From a virus (taxonomy: Duplodnaviria > Heunggongvirae > Uroviricota > Caudoviricetes): a stretch of DNA of 64,000 nucleotides. The DNA lies in IMG/VR virus record IMGVR_UViG_3300034160_000140; one strand, 5' to 3'. The position numbers and the translations under genes are program-made. The notes below the pieces were generated by a model that was given only the letters and a program-made list of their open reading frames with translations, was not told where the DNA came from and did not search any database. Positions 1 to 9,593 of this stretch are shown here, in pieces; position 1 is the stretch's first letter, and the number at the start of each line of letters is the position of its first letter.

Positions 1-125
1 CATTTTTTTATTGACTTGCCTTATTGCTGTGTTACACTATTGAATACTTTTCTATCATTATGATAAAGAATACTAAACGAATATAGATTGCGTTTTTTGC
101 ATCTAGCTATTAGGAGAATTAAATA

Positions 126-437
126 ATGAAAAAGATAATGTTTGCCTGTTTACTGGTCGTCCCATTAACATCTATTGCGGTGATTGCTAATACCACTGAT
201 GTCATTAAATCCCGAAATGATCAGTTAGCCGAATTGGTTAAAGACTCATTTTACTCTGATGTGTCTCGTTTGAACTTGACGCCCGATCAATACACCACTA
301 TTGTTAGAAAAATCAGGACTACTAATGATGGGCTGACGACTGAAATTAAAGAAGTCCTTGATGATGACCAAAAAGATACATTTGAAACCATTATGGAAGA
401 GAAAAAAGCATCTATGGGTGATAAAATAGGCTTTTAA
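126..437 (+). CDS. small secreted protein (N-terminal signal peptide), unknown function
   Basis: ORF with hydrophobic N-terminus MKKIMFACLLVVPLTSIAVIA; AGGAGA Shine-Dalgarno site upstream. Confidence 0.5.
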   Translation: MKKIMFACLLVVPLTSIAVIANTTDVIKSRNDQLAELVKDSFYSDVSRLNLTPDQYTTIVRKIRTTNDGLTTEIKEVLDDDQKDTFETIMEEKKASMGDKIGF

Positions 438-624
438 AATTTCAATAAATTTACTTACCTTAAAAAAGAAGCCTGCAATGGTTTCTTTTTATTTTACTTT
501 TATATAATTAATTTTTATAATAATATCTTTTTTTAGATTAATCATATATTTAAGAATCTCTCTTGCCTTTTTACTTTAATACTATTTAATAAGAAATAAA
601 CAGTTCATTAATTCTGAGGTAAAA

Positions 625-1509
625 ATGACAAAGAAATATATTTTAGTGCTAATTGCTCTATCCAGTTTAGGCACTATATCGCAAGCTGATTATCAAATTA
701 GAATTCCAATTCAACAGGCAATCTCTTTCAAGGATGTTACTTCTGGGGGTGGATCAGGCGGTAGTGGCGGCAATGGTAATGGTGGCAGCAACGGTGGTGG
801 TGGATTAGTTTTTACTGACCCTACTATATTAGCTGCTTATGAGGAAAAGTGTGGAGCATTTCCTAACAAAATAAATCCGTTGGCTGATCCTATACGAGAC
901 TATGACATTAGTTGTGGTGATTATTCAAATAGAGATCTTTCTGGTTATGTGCTTGATAAAACAGGTATGCTTTTTACTAATTTTGCAAATTCAATATTAG
1001 ATGGAGCTATATTAGGTGATTCTAGCTTGGCTAACAGTAATCTATCAGGAGCATCCTTAATAGGTGCTCAGTTTACCGTAAATGGCGAAAGCACTACATT
1101 AACGAATGCTGATATTAGTAATGCTAACTTAACAAATGCTTATATGAACAAATCATATTTAGAAAAAACTAATTTTACTGACTCTAATTTAACAGGTGCT
1201 GTATTAACTAACACTAGTTTTGTTGGTGCAAACTTGAAAAATGCTAACTTAACGAATACTAATTTTGACACTTCCTATGTTATTGATACGAATTTTACTA
1301 GTTCAAATTTTACAGGAGCCACATTAACTAATACTGCATTTATTAATACTAATTTTACTAACGCAAATTTGATTGGAGCTGATCTCAGCACCAGTGCGTT
1401 CAGCAATGTTGATTTCACTAATATCTTGTATGATGCGACCACAAAATGGCCTTCATGGTACACACCACCACAATCTAGTAATGGATATCAGTTCACACCG
1501 CAATGGTAA
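625..1509 (+). CDS. secreted pentapeptide-repeat protein; Gly-rich linker; N-terminal module shared with the secreted modular family
   Basis: Signal peptide ...ISQA/DYQIRIP; GGGSGGSGGNGNGG linker; long run of A(D/N)LxN/SxxNLTGA pentapeptide repeats (seen directly); GAGG Shine-Dalgarno site. Confidence 0.6.
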   Translation: MTKKYILVLIALSSLGTISQADYQIRIPIQQAISFKDVTSGGGSGGSGGNGNGGSNGGGGLVFTDPTILAAYEEKCGAFPNKINPLADPIRDYDISCGDYSNRDLSGYVLDKTGMLFTNFANSILDGAILGDSSLANSNLSGASLIGAQFTVNGESTTLTNADISNANLTNAYMNKSYLEKTNFTDSNLTGAVLTNTSFVGANLKNANLTNTNFDTSYVIDTNFTSSNFTGATLTNTAFINTNFTNANLIGADLSTSAFSNVDFTNILYDATTKWPSWYTPPQSSNGYQFTPQW

Positions 1510-1688
1510 GAAAAAGATTGACAAATTTGAAAAAGTGTTGTCTAAAACAACAACCAAAATGATTGAGATCTTCAATTATCAACCATTTTGAATAAGGCAT
1601 TTTAACCAAATGTCTTATTTTTTTGTCTTAAGTTGCGTTGTTGAACCTTTTGGGCTAAAATATTTTTAAATTAACATGGGACTTTCTA

Positions 1689-2144
1689 ATGATTTTAACT
1701 ATCGAACTTGTACCTAAATCTTGCTGGTTTTCTAACTTGCGAGATCACCTCACGGAAGCACAATGGAAAGAAGTCAAGCTTAGCACATTTAAGGCTGCAG
1801 ATAATCGTTGTGAAATCTGTCATGGTGTTGGGGATAAGTGGCCGGTAGAATGCCATGAGGTTTGGGAATATGACGATATCAATAAGGTACAGCGTCTGGC
1901 AAGAACTGTTGCTCTTTGCCCATCATGTCATCAAGTTAAGCATATAGGTATGGCGATGGTTACTGGTCGTTACAATCATGCAAAATCACATTTCTCAGCT
2001 ATCAATAAAGTCCCTATGAGACAAGCAGAACGCTATATTGATAAAGCCTTCAACTTGTTTAATGACCGATCAAAGTTTGAATGGACACTAGACATTTCTT
2101 GGATTAACCAAAACTTCGGATTCACTATTAAAGAAAAACGTTAA
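1689..2144 (+). CDS. zinc-finger HNH-like nuclease (putative)
   Basis: CEICHGVGDKWPVECHEVWEYDD...ALCPSCHQVKH has two CxxC pairs bracketing an H-x-H HNH-like core; family assignment from memory of the motif. Confidence 0.4.
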   Translation: MILTIELVPKSCWFSNLRDHLTEAQWKEVKLSTFKAADNRCEICHGVGDKWPVECHEVWEYDDINKVQRLARTVALCPSCHQVKHIGMAMVTGRYNHAKSHFSAINKVPMRQAERYIDKAFNLFNDRSKFEWTLDISWINQNFGFTIKEKR

Positions 2145-2206
2145 TATATTGACTTTTTAAAGACTTTAAATAAACTATAGTAATAACATTTTGGAGTATT
2201 AGTATT

Positions 2207-2491
2207 ATGTTTTTTTCTTTATTTTTAATATCTTATTTGATAGCAAGTTTAACATTAAGTATCGTTTATTATGACTATTATGCTGCATTTTATTTGGTTG
2301 CTGTTAATCTTATCATGATGATATTAATTATGAAAGATAGAATCTTTGTTAATTTATACAAAAAATTAGAGAAAAAAGATCCTTCTATTTCAATAGGTCT
2401 AGGCATTTTTCAGTGTGTCTACATGATTTTAATTTTGCCTATTCTTTTCTTTAAAATCATGACAAGTATTGTTTCATATTTTGTTTCTTGA
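2207..2491 (+). CDS. small hydrophobic membrane protein
   Basis: GGAG Shine-Dalgarno site; several predicted TM segments. Confidence 0.4.
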   Translation: MFFSLFLISYLIASLTLSIVYYDYYAAFYLVAVNLIMMILIMKDRIFVNLYKKLEKKDPSISIGLGIFQCVYMILILPILFFKIMTSIVSYFVS

Positions 2492-2572
2492 TTAAAAAAA
2501 AATACGATATTGCTTGCCCCAAAATCATATTCTTGATAGAATAGTCTCATCAAAACCTAGAAGGTGATTGTT

Positions 2573-2806
2573 ATGACTATCCGTTCCCGTGAAGAAATGG
2601 CTCGAAAAGTTCAAATTGACCTCGGAGGTCAATCAGGAAATTCTTTTGCCCTTATGGCTATTGCCGAAAATATCGGTAAGCAACTGGGTGTTCCGAAAGA
2701 TGAGCGTGATTCTATTACCAAGGACATGATGTCAAGTGACTACGAACATCTGGTTGCCACACTGGAAAAGCATTACGGTGATTATATCGACATTTACGAG
2801 GTGTAA
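2573..2806 (+). CDS. hypothetical protein
   Basis: AGAAGGTGA Shine-Dalgarno site then ATG at 2573; terminator downstream. Confidence 0.5.
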   Translation: MTIRSREEMARKVQIDLGGQSGNSFALMAIAENIGKQLGVPKDERDSITKDMMSSDYEHLVATLEKHYGDYIDIYEV

Positions 2807-2905
2807 TCTATTTTTTAGTGTGGTTTTCACTTAAAAATGATAGCCACACTCATAAAACTCTGTTATAATACATCTACACAATCAGCAAGAGCAAGGATAT
2901 AAATC

Positions 2906-3229
2906 ATGTTCCCTCATTCAATCGTCACTGCCGATGTCATCAAGGTTGACTACGACTCAGCTAAGTTCGTGGTTGATGGGAAAAATGGAAAAGAAGAAGT
3001 GGCTACACGCTTTTTCTGCACCATCCTTGTTCGGGGTGGTTTCATCTTCCGCCATACCAGTCAACTGCTGGATGAGGTAACCGCCTCCAATGTCACCGAA
3101 AAGATTTACTCCCATGTCTTCAATGACAAGGGCACTGTAAATATGAAATTTTGGCAAGAATACCAATCGACATCCAGCACGCCACTGCTTGAAAAAATGC
3201 AGCTTGAAGCTCATCTCGAAACAGCGTAA
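2906..3229 (+). CDS. hypothetical protein
   Basis: AAGGATATAAATC-ATG; intergenic boundaries. Confidence 0.5.
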   Translation: MFPHSIVTADVIKVDYDSAKFVVDGKNGKEEVATRFFCTILVRGGFIFRHTSQLLDEVTASNVTEKIYSHVFNDKGTVNMKFWQEYQSTSSTPLLEKMQLEAHLETA

Positions 3230-3281
3230 ACTACTACTTCTTTGGGAGTGTTAAACTCCCACATCTCTTTTAAGGATTACC

Positions 3282-3680
3282 ATGACACAAGTTACTCAGC
3301 TAGAACGCGAAGTTATCTCCAGTATTGCAAAACTGGGCTATCGTTCAGTCAAGACCTCCGAAATTCACACCATTTCTGACATCATTAAAAAAGCACAAGT
3401 GAATGCCGTTCTGTTGAACTTGAAACGGAAAGGCATGGTTACTATTATGGTTGATGGCATTGCTTCGCTTACCGTCCAAGGGCTTAACTCTTTCAACACC
3501 AACTATGGTGAGCAAGCCATTTCTGATGTTCAAAGTGCTCATAATGCTAAAATGCTCTTTGGTCGCCCGATGAGCCGTAATGAATTGACATTTGTGAACA
3601 AGTGCATCGACATTCGTAATCAGGGTGTCAAAGTAGGTAAAACCATCAAAGGGATTAAGGTATGGCTCAACCGCCGTTAA
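3282..3680 (+). CDS. putative winged-helix DNA-binding protein (paralog of 59039..59551)
   Basis: N-terminus VTQLEREVISSIAKLG...QVNAVLLNLKRKGMV aligns with VTALETAVIVNIVALG...QVNAVLLNLKGKGLV at 59039; terminator 3700-3727. Confidence 0.5.
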   Translation: MTQVTQLEREVISSIAKLGYRSVKTSEIHTISDIIKKAQVNAVLLNLKRKGMVTIMVDGIASLTVQGLNSFNTNYGEQAISDVQSAHNAKMLFGRPMSRNELTFVNKCIDIRNQGVKVGKTIKGIKVWLNRR

Positions 3681-3699
3681 TTTGACGGTTACTGTAAAA

Positions 3700-3727
3700 A
3701 AAGAGAAGCTTAGGCTTCTTTTTTTTG
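3700..3727 (+). terminator. rho-independent terminator
   Basis: agaagcttaggcttct hairpin followed by a T8 run. Confidence 0.7.
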
Positions 3728-3815
3728 TACATTTTGTTTATACATTTTGTTAAGTCATATAATTGACACATATGAAATTACTTGTATTATAGTATTAACA
3801 ATAATAATAAAAATC

Positions 3816-4760
3816 ATGTACATTAAAAAATTGCTCTTAGTTCCTGCACTTTCATTGTTAGGAATGAATTCTTTCGCAGAATATCAAATACAATATCCAG
3901 ATGTTCCCGTTATCTTTAAAGATCTTGGTAAATGGGTTCCGGCTAATCCTATAATCTCTACTTGGGTTAATGTAGGCACTCCACATGATTGTCAAAGTGC
4001 TTCGCCACTTGAGAACACACAACAACTGGGTTTGTCATATGAAAAAACATTTTCAGGCTGCAAACAAGCACAAGAAAGAACTGTAACTACTTCTGAAAAA
4101 CAGACGTTTACAGGTGCTGTTCGTAATCAAGTGAGCACAAAAGAAACACAAGTGTTAACTAATGCTAGTTATAAAGTTAATTCTATTGGAACTACTGATT
4201 TTGGTCAATGGTTACAAACTGCTCCAGTTTATACAGGTTGGGTAAATCTTGAATCTCCACATGATTGTACAAGTGCTATACCACTTGAAAATACACAAAC
4301 ACTTAATTCAACTTATGTAAAAACATTTTCTGGTTGCACACAGTCACAGGAACGCACTGTCACAACTTCTGAAAAGAATACTGTTACAGGTGTTGTTCGT
4401 AACGTAGTTAATACTAAGGAAAATCAAGTTCTCACTAATGTAACTTATACTGCAAATGCAATAGGAACAAAGGTTGTTAAAGAATGTGGTTACTCAGCAG
4501 TCAGTGGACATGCTTACAGATGGTATGATATTGCCACTTATGATGGTTATACAACTACTTATGGAATGGGGTTACAATGGGATGGTTCTACTAAAATTGA
4601 TACCACAAACATTAGTAAGACTTACCCTAAAGCAGCAACTTTTGTGAATGGTGGTTATACTTATACTCGCGGTGCATTTAAAGAAAAAGGTTCACATTAT
4701 GACGGTCTACGTTCATACTATTATTACTATGAAGTGTGTAGAGAACCAATTGCACCATAA
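3816..4760 (+). CDS. secreted modular-family protein with two tandem Cys-pair repeat domains
   Basis: Signal peptide ...MNSFA/EYQIQYP; internal ~85-aa repeat WVN.G.PHDC.SA.PLENTQ...FSGC.Q.QERTVTTSEK..TG.VRN.V.TKE.QVLTN occurs twice; C-terminal YYYEVCREP tail shared by the family. Confidence 0.6.
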   Translation: MYIKKLLLVPALSLLGMNSFAEYQIQYPDVPVIFKDLGKWVPANPIISTWVNVGTPHDCQSASPLENTQQLGLSYEKTFSGCKQAQERTVTTSEKQTFTGAVRNQVSTKETQVLTNASYKVNSIGTTDFGQWLQTAPVYTGWVNLESPHDCTSAIPLENTQTLNSTYVKTFSGCTQSQERTVTTSEKNTVTGVVRNVVNTKENQVLTNVTYTANAIGTKVVKECGYSAVSGHAYRWYDIATYDGYTTTYGMGLQWDGSTKIDTTNISKTYPKAATFVNGGYTYTRGAFKEKGSHYDGLRSYYYYYEVCREPIAP

Positions 4761-4886
4761 TTGAAAAACAAAAAGAAGCTTCGGCTTCTTTTTTCTTGCT
4801 TAAAATAAGATTTTTAGGTATAATGACCTTATTGAAATCCACTATAAATATTGCCGAAAGGCATACTTTTAAAACGGAATATTAAC

Positions 4887-5387
4887 ATGACAGAAACTAC
4901 AGCAGAATATCAGAAAATCCGCAGTGATGTGCTCAGCCACCTTCGCCGGAAAGGTTACTACACCCAACCCAGTGTTCGGGCGTATCCTGTCACCATTCAA
5001 GTCCTTAAAGATTTGATTGCAGAACGATTGGTTACTGAGAATGAGCAATACACTGGTAGTCAACGGTTGTTTAATTCCACTGATCTGATGCCTTCGACGG
5101 TGGTGGTTCGTAAGCAGTTTGTTCAAAATCTCAAAGCTGGTAATTATTTTGGTCATTCTGGTGAGTTTGTTTCTGCTTTGAATGAACGCTTTGATGAAGT
5201 TAATAACAAAAGCTTTTTAAAAGTGGGTGTTGTTGCCGCTGTTGAAGTCAAATACATACCTAAGAACTTATGGGAAAAGCTGATTGGTCATAAGACTGAG
5301 CAGGCTGTTTTCATTACTTTGAATGATGGTAAAATCATCAAAACATTTTACAACAACATTTACCAAGTTGTTCGCACTCACCCCTAA
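4887..5387 (+). CDS. hypothetical protein
   Basis: ATG at 4887 (the track's 4851 is a TTG start); start uncertain. Confidence 0.45.
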   Translation: MTETTAEYQKIRSDVLSHLRRKGYYTQPSVRAYPVTIQVLKDLIAERLVTENEQYTGSQRLFNSTDLMPSTVVVRKQFVQNLKAGNYFGHSGEFVSALNERFDEVNNKSFLKVGVVAAVEVKYIPKNLWEKLIGHKTEQAVFITLNDGKIIKTFYNNIYQVVRTHP

Positions 5388-5454
5388 ATAAAAGACTTGC
5401 CTGAAAACAAGATTTTTGCTAATATAGCGTTATCAAAATCAAGGAGTTACAAAC

Positions 5455-5859
5455 ATGCATCCAGTAGACGCCCAACTCATTAAAGACCACGGCAATGTTT
5501 CCGATGACTATGAGACTTGGGTTTCCAGTAACGGTGTCGATGACTTCGTTAAAACCGAATTTACGTGCGGCAATTGCTTCATGCTTGCTTTGGCACTCCA
5601 TTACAAAACTCAGTGGCCTATCAAGGCTAAAATGATTGATGGTGATGTTGTTCACTGCTACGTTGTGAACCCAGACGGTAAAGCGGTTGATATTTACGGT
5701 GTCCGTCCTACTGAACAGGCTCCGACTCGTTATGACGCGGACTTGACAGAAGGCTTCACGGTTATCGACGCTCGCCCAGAAACGCCTTGGCCTTCGAACA
5801 AAGACTACCAGTGGGCAGAAGAACTGGTAAGCAAGTTCCCGGCTCACTTCGGTCTGTAA
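5455..5859 (+). CDS. hypothetical protein
   Basis: CAAGGAG Shine-Dalgarno site; terminator 5868-5895. Confidence 0.5.
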   Translation: MHPVDAQLIKDHGNVSDDYETWVSSNGVDDFVKTEFTCGNCFMLALALHYKTQWPIKAKMIDGDVVHCYVVNPDGKAVDIYGVRPTEQAPTRYDADLTEGFTVIDARPETPWPSNKDYQWAEELVSKFPAHFGL

Positions 5860-5988
5860 TTCAATTTGTCAAAAGACGCCTTTCGAGGCGTTTTTTTCCT
5901 CTAACTCATCAAAATATTTAAAATAAGTGTTGTTCATCAGATTGTTATTCGGTATAATTCACACATTAACTAGAACGGAATAAATACT

Positions 5989-6273
5989 ATGCAAACCACT
6001 ATCAAGTTCAAAGAAAACGCTGACCAAACCAAACTGAAATCTATCAAGGTTTCCAGCGACCAATTCCATGAAATGTCGGATACTCAGCAAATCATGGTAG
6101 ACATTCGCCAGTTGGTATTGAAAACCGTTGATCAGACTGTTCCTGACTATGCTGATAAGTTGGTCATCGAAGACCTTGAAACGGCTGCAAACAAAATTCG
6201 TCTGCACTTCGTTGATATGCGTCAATACATGCTTAAAGACGAAGATTTGGCTGACAATAGCGATTACCTGTAA
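5989..6273 (+). CDS. hypothetical acidic protein
   Basis: ORF with own promoter-like TATAAT at ~5953. Confidence 0.45.
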   Translation: MQTTIKFKENADQTKLKSIKVSSDQFHEMSDTQQIMVDIRQLVLKTVDQTVPDYADKLVIEDLETAANKIRLHFVDMRQYMLKDEDLADNSDYL

Positions 6274-6310
6274 TCGCTTTTAACCCTCTCATTTTCTGTA
6301 TAGGTGTACT

Positions 6311-6835
6311 ATGAATCAGCCAGATATTCAACTTGTCACATCCAAAATCACCATGCTCTTGAAGGTTGTTGAAAATATCCAAGGCGTTAGTCTGAAAGGG
6401 TGTTTCTTGGACATTGCTAAATTGCGTGGCTTTTTGGCTGACTCTGATTATTCCAGTGCGTTGTCTTATGTTATCCATACACAAGAAACCATCGCAAGTT
6501 TCAAACCGCATTTGGACATTGTTCAGATTTTTGAAAAAATTGAACGATATCTTTTGATTAACCTGCTTTATTTTGAACGTTATTATCAACAAGATATGGC
6601 TTATATTGTTATTGATACTTACGAAGCAGTTTCTCGTTACTCTCGAGAGTTCCAACTGGCAATGGAATATGAAGATACAGAGATTAAACGCAAAGCATTG
6701 AACGAAGTGATTGAAGGTCTTCAGGCCGATCCCTTCAAAGGCAGTGACATGATTATCACGTTGATTAATCTTCTTCTGGATTCCAACGAACGAGTAGGTC
6801 CACTGCTGAGCCGTGTTAATAAGGATTTAGCTTAA
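6311..6835 (+). CDS. hypothetical protein
   Basis: TAGGTG Shine-Dalgarno site. Confidence 0.5.
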   Translation: MNQPDIQLVTSKITMLLKVVENIQGVSLKGCFLDIAKLRGFLADSDYSSALSYVIHTQETIASFKPHLDIVQIFEKIERYLLINLLYFERYYQQDMAYIVIDTYEAVSRYSREFQLAMEYEDTEIKRKALNEVIEGLQADPFKGSDMIITLINLLLDSNERVGPLLSRVNKDLA

Positions 6836-6941
6836 TATCATTGTCGAATAGATTGATTTTTTTATTCTAAAAACTTGTTTATGATAGGTGACAGTGTTAT
6901 AATTGTCTCTCTTAAACGAAATCAACCAAGGATACAAGACC

Positions 6942-7169
6942 ATGAAAGAATTGACCTCCTTCGAATTCTACAAAGCCCGTCAAGAACTGCCAGTCGGTGC
7001 TTATCGCGTTATTGAAGAAGATGAAACTGTCAGTATTGCAGTGGTTGAATCTCACGATATTAAATGGTTTGACGAAGACGAATATCTTGAAATTGAACGC
7101 CGCGAATGTGAAGATCGCATGTGGGCTAATGATGGCATGGACTTGATTTACGGCTGCGAAGAAGACTAA
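6942..7169 (+). CDS. hypothetical acidic protein
   Basis: AAGGATAC Shine-Dalgarno site then ATG at 6942 (the track start at 6903 has no Shine-Dalgarno site). Confidence 0.45.
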   Translation: MKELTSFEFYKARQELPVGAYRVIEEDETVSIAVVESHDIKWFDEDEYLEIERRECEDRMWANDGMDLIYGCEED

Positions 7170-7265
7170 TTTAAGAAACAAATTGAAAAAGCTCAGAAAT
7201 GGGCTTTTTTTTCGTCTCTAATACTGCTATACTTGCGTTATCAAAACTTATTAAGGAAAACATTC

Positions 7266-7898
7266 ATGTCGCTTACTCAAATCATTGAAGCTGTTCAGGC
7301 ATCTCAGAAAACCCAACAAGAAATCCGTTCACAGTTGCTGCCAGTTTCTGATGCTCAAACGGTGTTCTTTGATGATCAAGACACTACCATCTCTTTGCTG
7401 GAAATAGCCGAATCCCTGAGTTGTTCGGATGATTCTGGTTTGTCTGATAAAGCTGTTGACATGCGTGATGAAATTGTCGCTTTGTTGAAAGCTTATAATG
7501 ATGAAGTGGAAGAATGTGTTAAAGAAAATAGCACTTACAATGCCGGTATTCATGGCAAAGAACGTCTTGAAGTGCTGAACATGGAAAAAATTGTAGCGAC
7601 TGCTCAAGAAAAAGCATTGACCATGAAAGTGCAAATCAACACCCTCAAATTTACAGATGAACACATGAAGGCGTTCCGCGAAATTTATTTCGAACTCGGT
7701 GTTACTCACTTCTTGAAAGAAGAACTCCGTGATGTGATCTACTTCGACCCAAAAGTAAGCCCTTATCTGCGAGATCTTATTGCAGAACGCTTCTTGGTGC
7801 GGTTTCCTGACTATGTAAATCCAAAAGGTTATATGAATGTGACTTCCGTTGACTTCATTAACCACCTTGAACGTATTCAGAAGGCTGCTGTTAATTAA
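7266..7898 (+). CDS. family-A protein (1 of 4 paralogs, ~210 aa, conserved C-terminal LG.TH...D(I/V)(I/V)Y(F/Y)(D/N)P motif)
   Basis: C-terminus IYFELGVTHFLKEELRDVIYFDPK aligns with the same region of 8825, 32475 and 33244; AAGGAAA Shine-Dalgarno site; terminator 7919-7945. Confidence 0.55.
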   Translation: MSLTQIIEAVQASQKTQQEIRSQLLPVSDAQTVFFDDQDTTISLLEIAESLSCSDDSGLSDKAVDMRDEIVALLKAYNDEVEECVKENSTYNAGIHGKERLEVLNMEKIVATAQEKALTMKVQINTLKFTDEHMKAFREIYFELGVTHFLKEELRDVIYFDPKVSPYLRDLIAERFLVRFPDYVNPKGYMNVTSVDFINHLERIQKAAVN

Positions 7899-7984
7899 AA
7901 GAATACATGTATCAATTAAAGGGCTTCGGCCCTTTTTTTTATTTCTAATTTATGGTATATTACACGTCTTAATGGGAGATTTTT

Positions 7985-8221
7985 ATGTCAAATAATGGTT
8001 GGACAGAGGTTGTTCCACAAGAAGTTGGTTCATATTACTTCTATGGTGATATTTCGTTTAAAAAAGATGATCCAAATTTTAAAGCAGAACTTTCAATTTT
8101 ACACATCCATAAAATTTCGAATGGCATCATGCATGTGATTGCGGGTCAGTTCTTTTTTCCTGATGACAACGGTGGTTATGGTTTGTTTAAAAAAGTTGAT
8201 TTGGATCTTCCAAAGTTGTAA
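7985..8221 (+). CDS. hypothetical protein
   Basis: GGGAG Shine-Dalgarno site. Confidence 0.45.
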   Translation: MSNNGWTEVVPQEVGSYYFYGDISFKKDDPNFKAELSILHIHKISNGIMHVIAGQFFFPDDNGGYGLFKKVDLDLPKL

Positions 8222-8248
8222 GACGCATTTAACTTAGGAGTTATTGTT

Positions 8249-8743
8249 ATGTTAGAAGTCATTAAAAATTCTATGATTACAAGTTATTCAAGCATGTTAA
8301 AAACTCCTGATATGTCTTTGGTTATTGGCGATTTATCCAATAATGAGTTTGATATTGTTACTCTTGAAGAACTTTCCACGTTATTTGAAGAAGATAATGG
8401 TCAAGACTTGATGTTAGGGCTATTTGATCACGCAGTTGCAACAGATGTATTTAAGTTGTTTACAAGTGAAACTTATTTGAACGCATTAGAAGGTTCGGGT
8501 GATTTGGTGTTTGTTGGTCGCTATCATTTGGGTGAGCAAGACCTTATTATTTGGTCTGAAACCAATGCTACTGGTCAGGAATTACTTTCAGAACAGTTTG
8601 AAGTTCTTCATGATTTTATCTATATTTCTAGTTTTTTTGTGAATAAAGCTATGTTGGATGATAAAACAAATGAATTCAATGATAATTTCATTGAATGCCC
8701 TCAAATTAAAGAAGCTTTGTATAAAGTCATTCTTGACGAATAA
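8249..8743 (+). CDS. hypothetical acidic protein
   Basis: TAGGAG Shine-Dalgarno site. Confidence 0.5.
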   Translation: MLEVIKNSMITSYSSMLKTPDMSLVIGDLSNNEFDIVTLEELSTLFEEDNGQDLMLGLFDHAVATDVFKLFTSETYLNALEGSGDLVFVGRYHLGEQDLIIWSETNATGQELLSEQFEVLHDFIYISSFFVNKAMLDDKTNEFNDNFIECPQIKEALYKVILDE

Positions 8744-8824
8744 TGGTAATTTGAAAAAAAGCTGTTTAAAAATCAATTTTTTGTGCTATAATAGCTTCAC
8801 TTAAATATAAACAGGATTTTCCAA

Positions 8825-9457
8825 ATGAACGCCCAAAAAGCTCAACAACTCGCCAAAGATACCGCAGTTAAAATTGATAACCTTCAAGACAATCGGCTTC
8901 CGGTTGTTGAAGTTTTGGATATTTATGCCGAAGATGGTTTTGTGATCGGGTCTGCAGAAATCCTTGAAGCTTTCACCAAGTTCAATACTCAAAACCTTCC
9001 GAAACGAGTTGAAGAACTGAAAAAGTCGATTATTGCTTCCATGAACGAGATGAACAAGCTTGTTGAGGCAGAAAAGGCCAAAGTGACCTTGCATAACCAA
9101 AAGATTGATTTGGAAGTGGGCAGCCTGACGGCCACTCTGTTGGACAACATCCGTGATGTGCCTGAAAGCCGATTGACTCGAAAACTTCGGATTGGTAAAA
9201 AAATCATTTCAGAAGCGGATCAGCCACTTTTGAAAGAAGCTTATCGAAACCTTGGATTCAAACATATCTCCATTGAACCAATCAGTGACTATATCTACTT
9301 TGATCCAGAAGCTGATGAAATCCGTCAACCGTTTCTGAGAGAGTTTCATCGTCTGACTGATAACAAATATCCTTCACTCAGTCAGTATGTTCAATATGAT
9401 AATTCTCGGATTGAAAATATGGATGTGCTGTTGCATGTGGTTGGACTGAACACCTAA
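8825..9457 (+). CDS. family-A protein (paralog 2 of 4)
   Basis: AYRNLGFKHISIEPISDYIYFDPEADEIRQPF motif. Confidence 0.55.
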   Translation: MNAQKAQQLAKDTAVKIDNLQDNRLPVVEVLDIYAEDGFVIGSAEILEAFTKFNTQNLPKRVEELKKSIIASMNEMNKLVEAEKAKVTLHNQKIDLEVGSLTATLLDNIRDVPESRLTRKLRIGKKIISEADQPLLKEAYRNLGFKHISIEPISDYIYFDPEADEIRQPFLREFHRLTDNKYPSLSQYVQYDNSRIENMDVLLHVVGLNT

Positions 9458-9593
9458 TCAGTCATTATGTAGTAAAAGGGGCTTCTGCTCCTTTTTGCAT
9501 TTTTCCGTAATATAATACAGTTTTTGTTGATAGTTTTTTGTGTTTGGTGTATAATCAGGTTTCTTTCTTAAAACATATTTTTTGGAGTTTCAC

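Noticed and set aside
721-830. Gly/Ser/Asn low-complexity stretch, considered as a possible separate repeat element
   Set aside because: It is in frame within 625..1509 and functions as an inter-domain linker. It is not a DNA-level tandem repeat with independent significance.
1275-1591. ORFs overlapping the pentapeptide-repeat gene (1275..1463 minus, 1373..1591 plus)
   Set aside because: They are embedded in or antisense to a repeat-rich coding region. This is the typical spurious-ORF pattern of repetitive codons, and they have no Shine-Dalgarno site.
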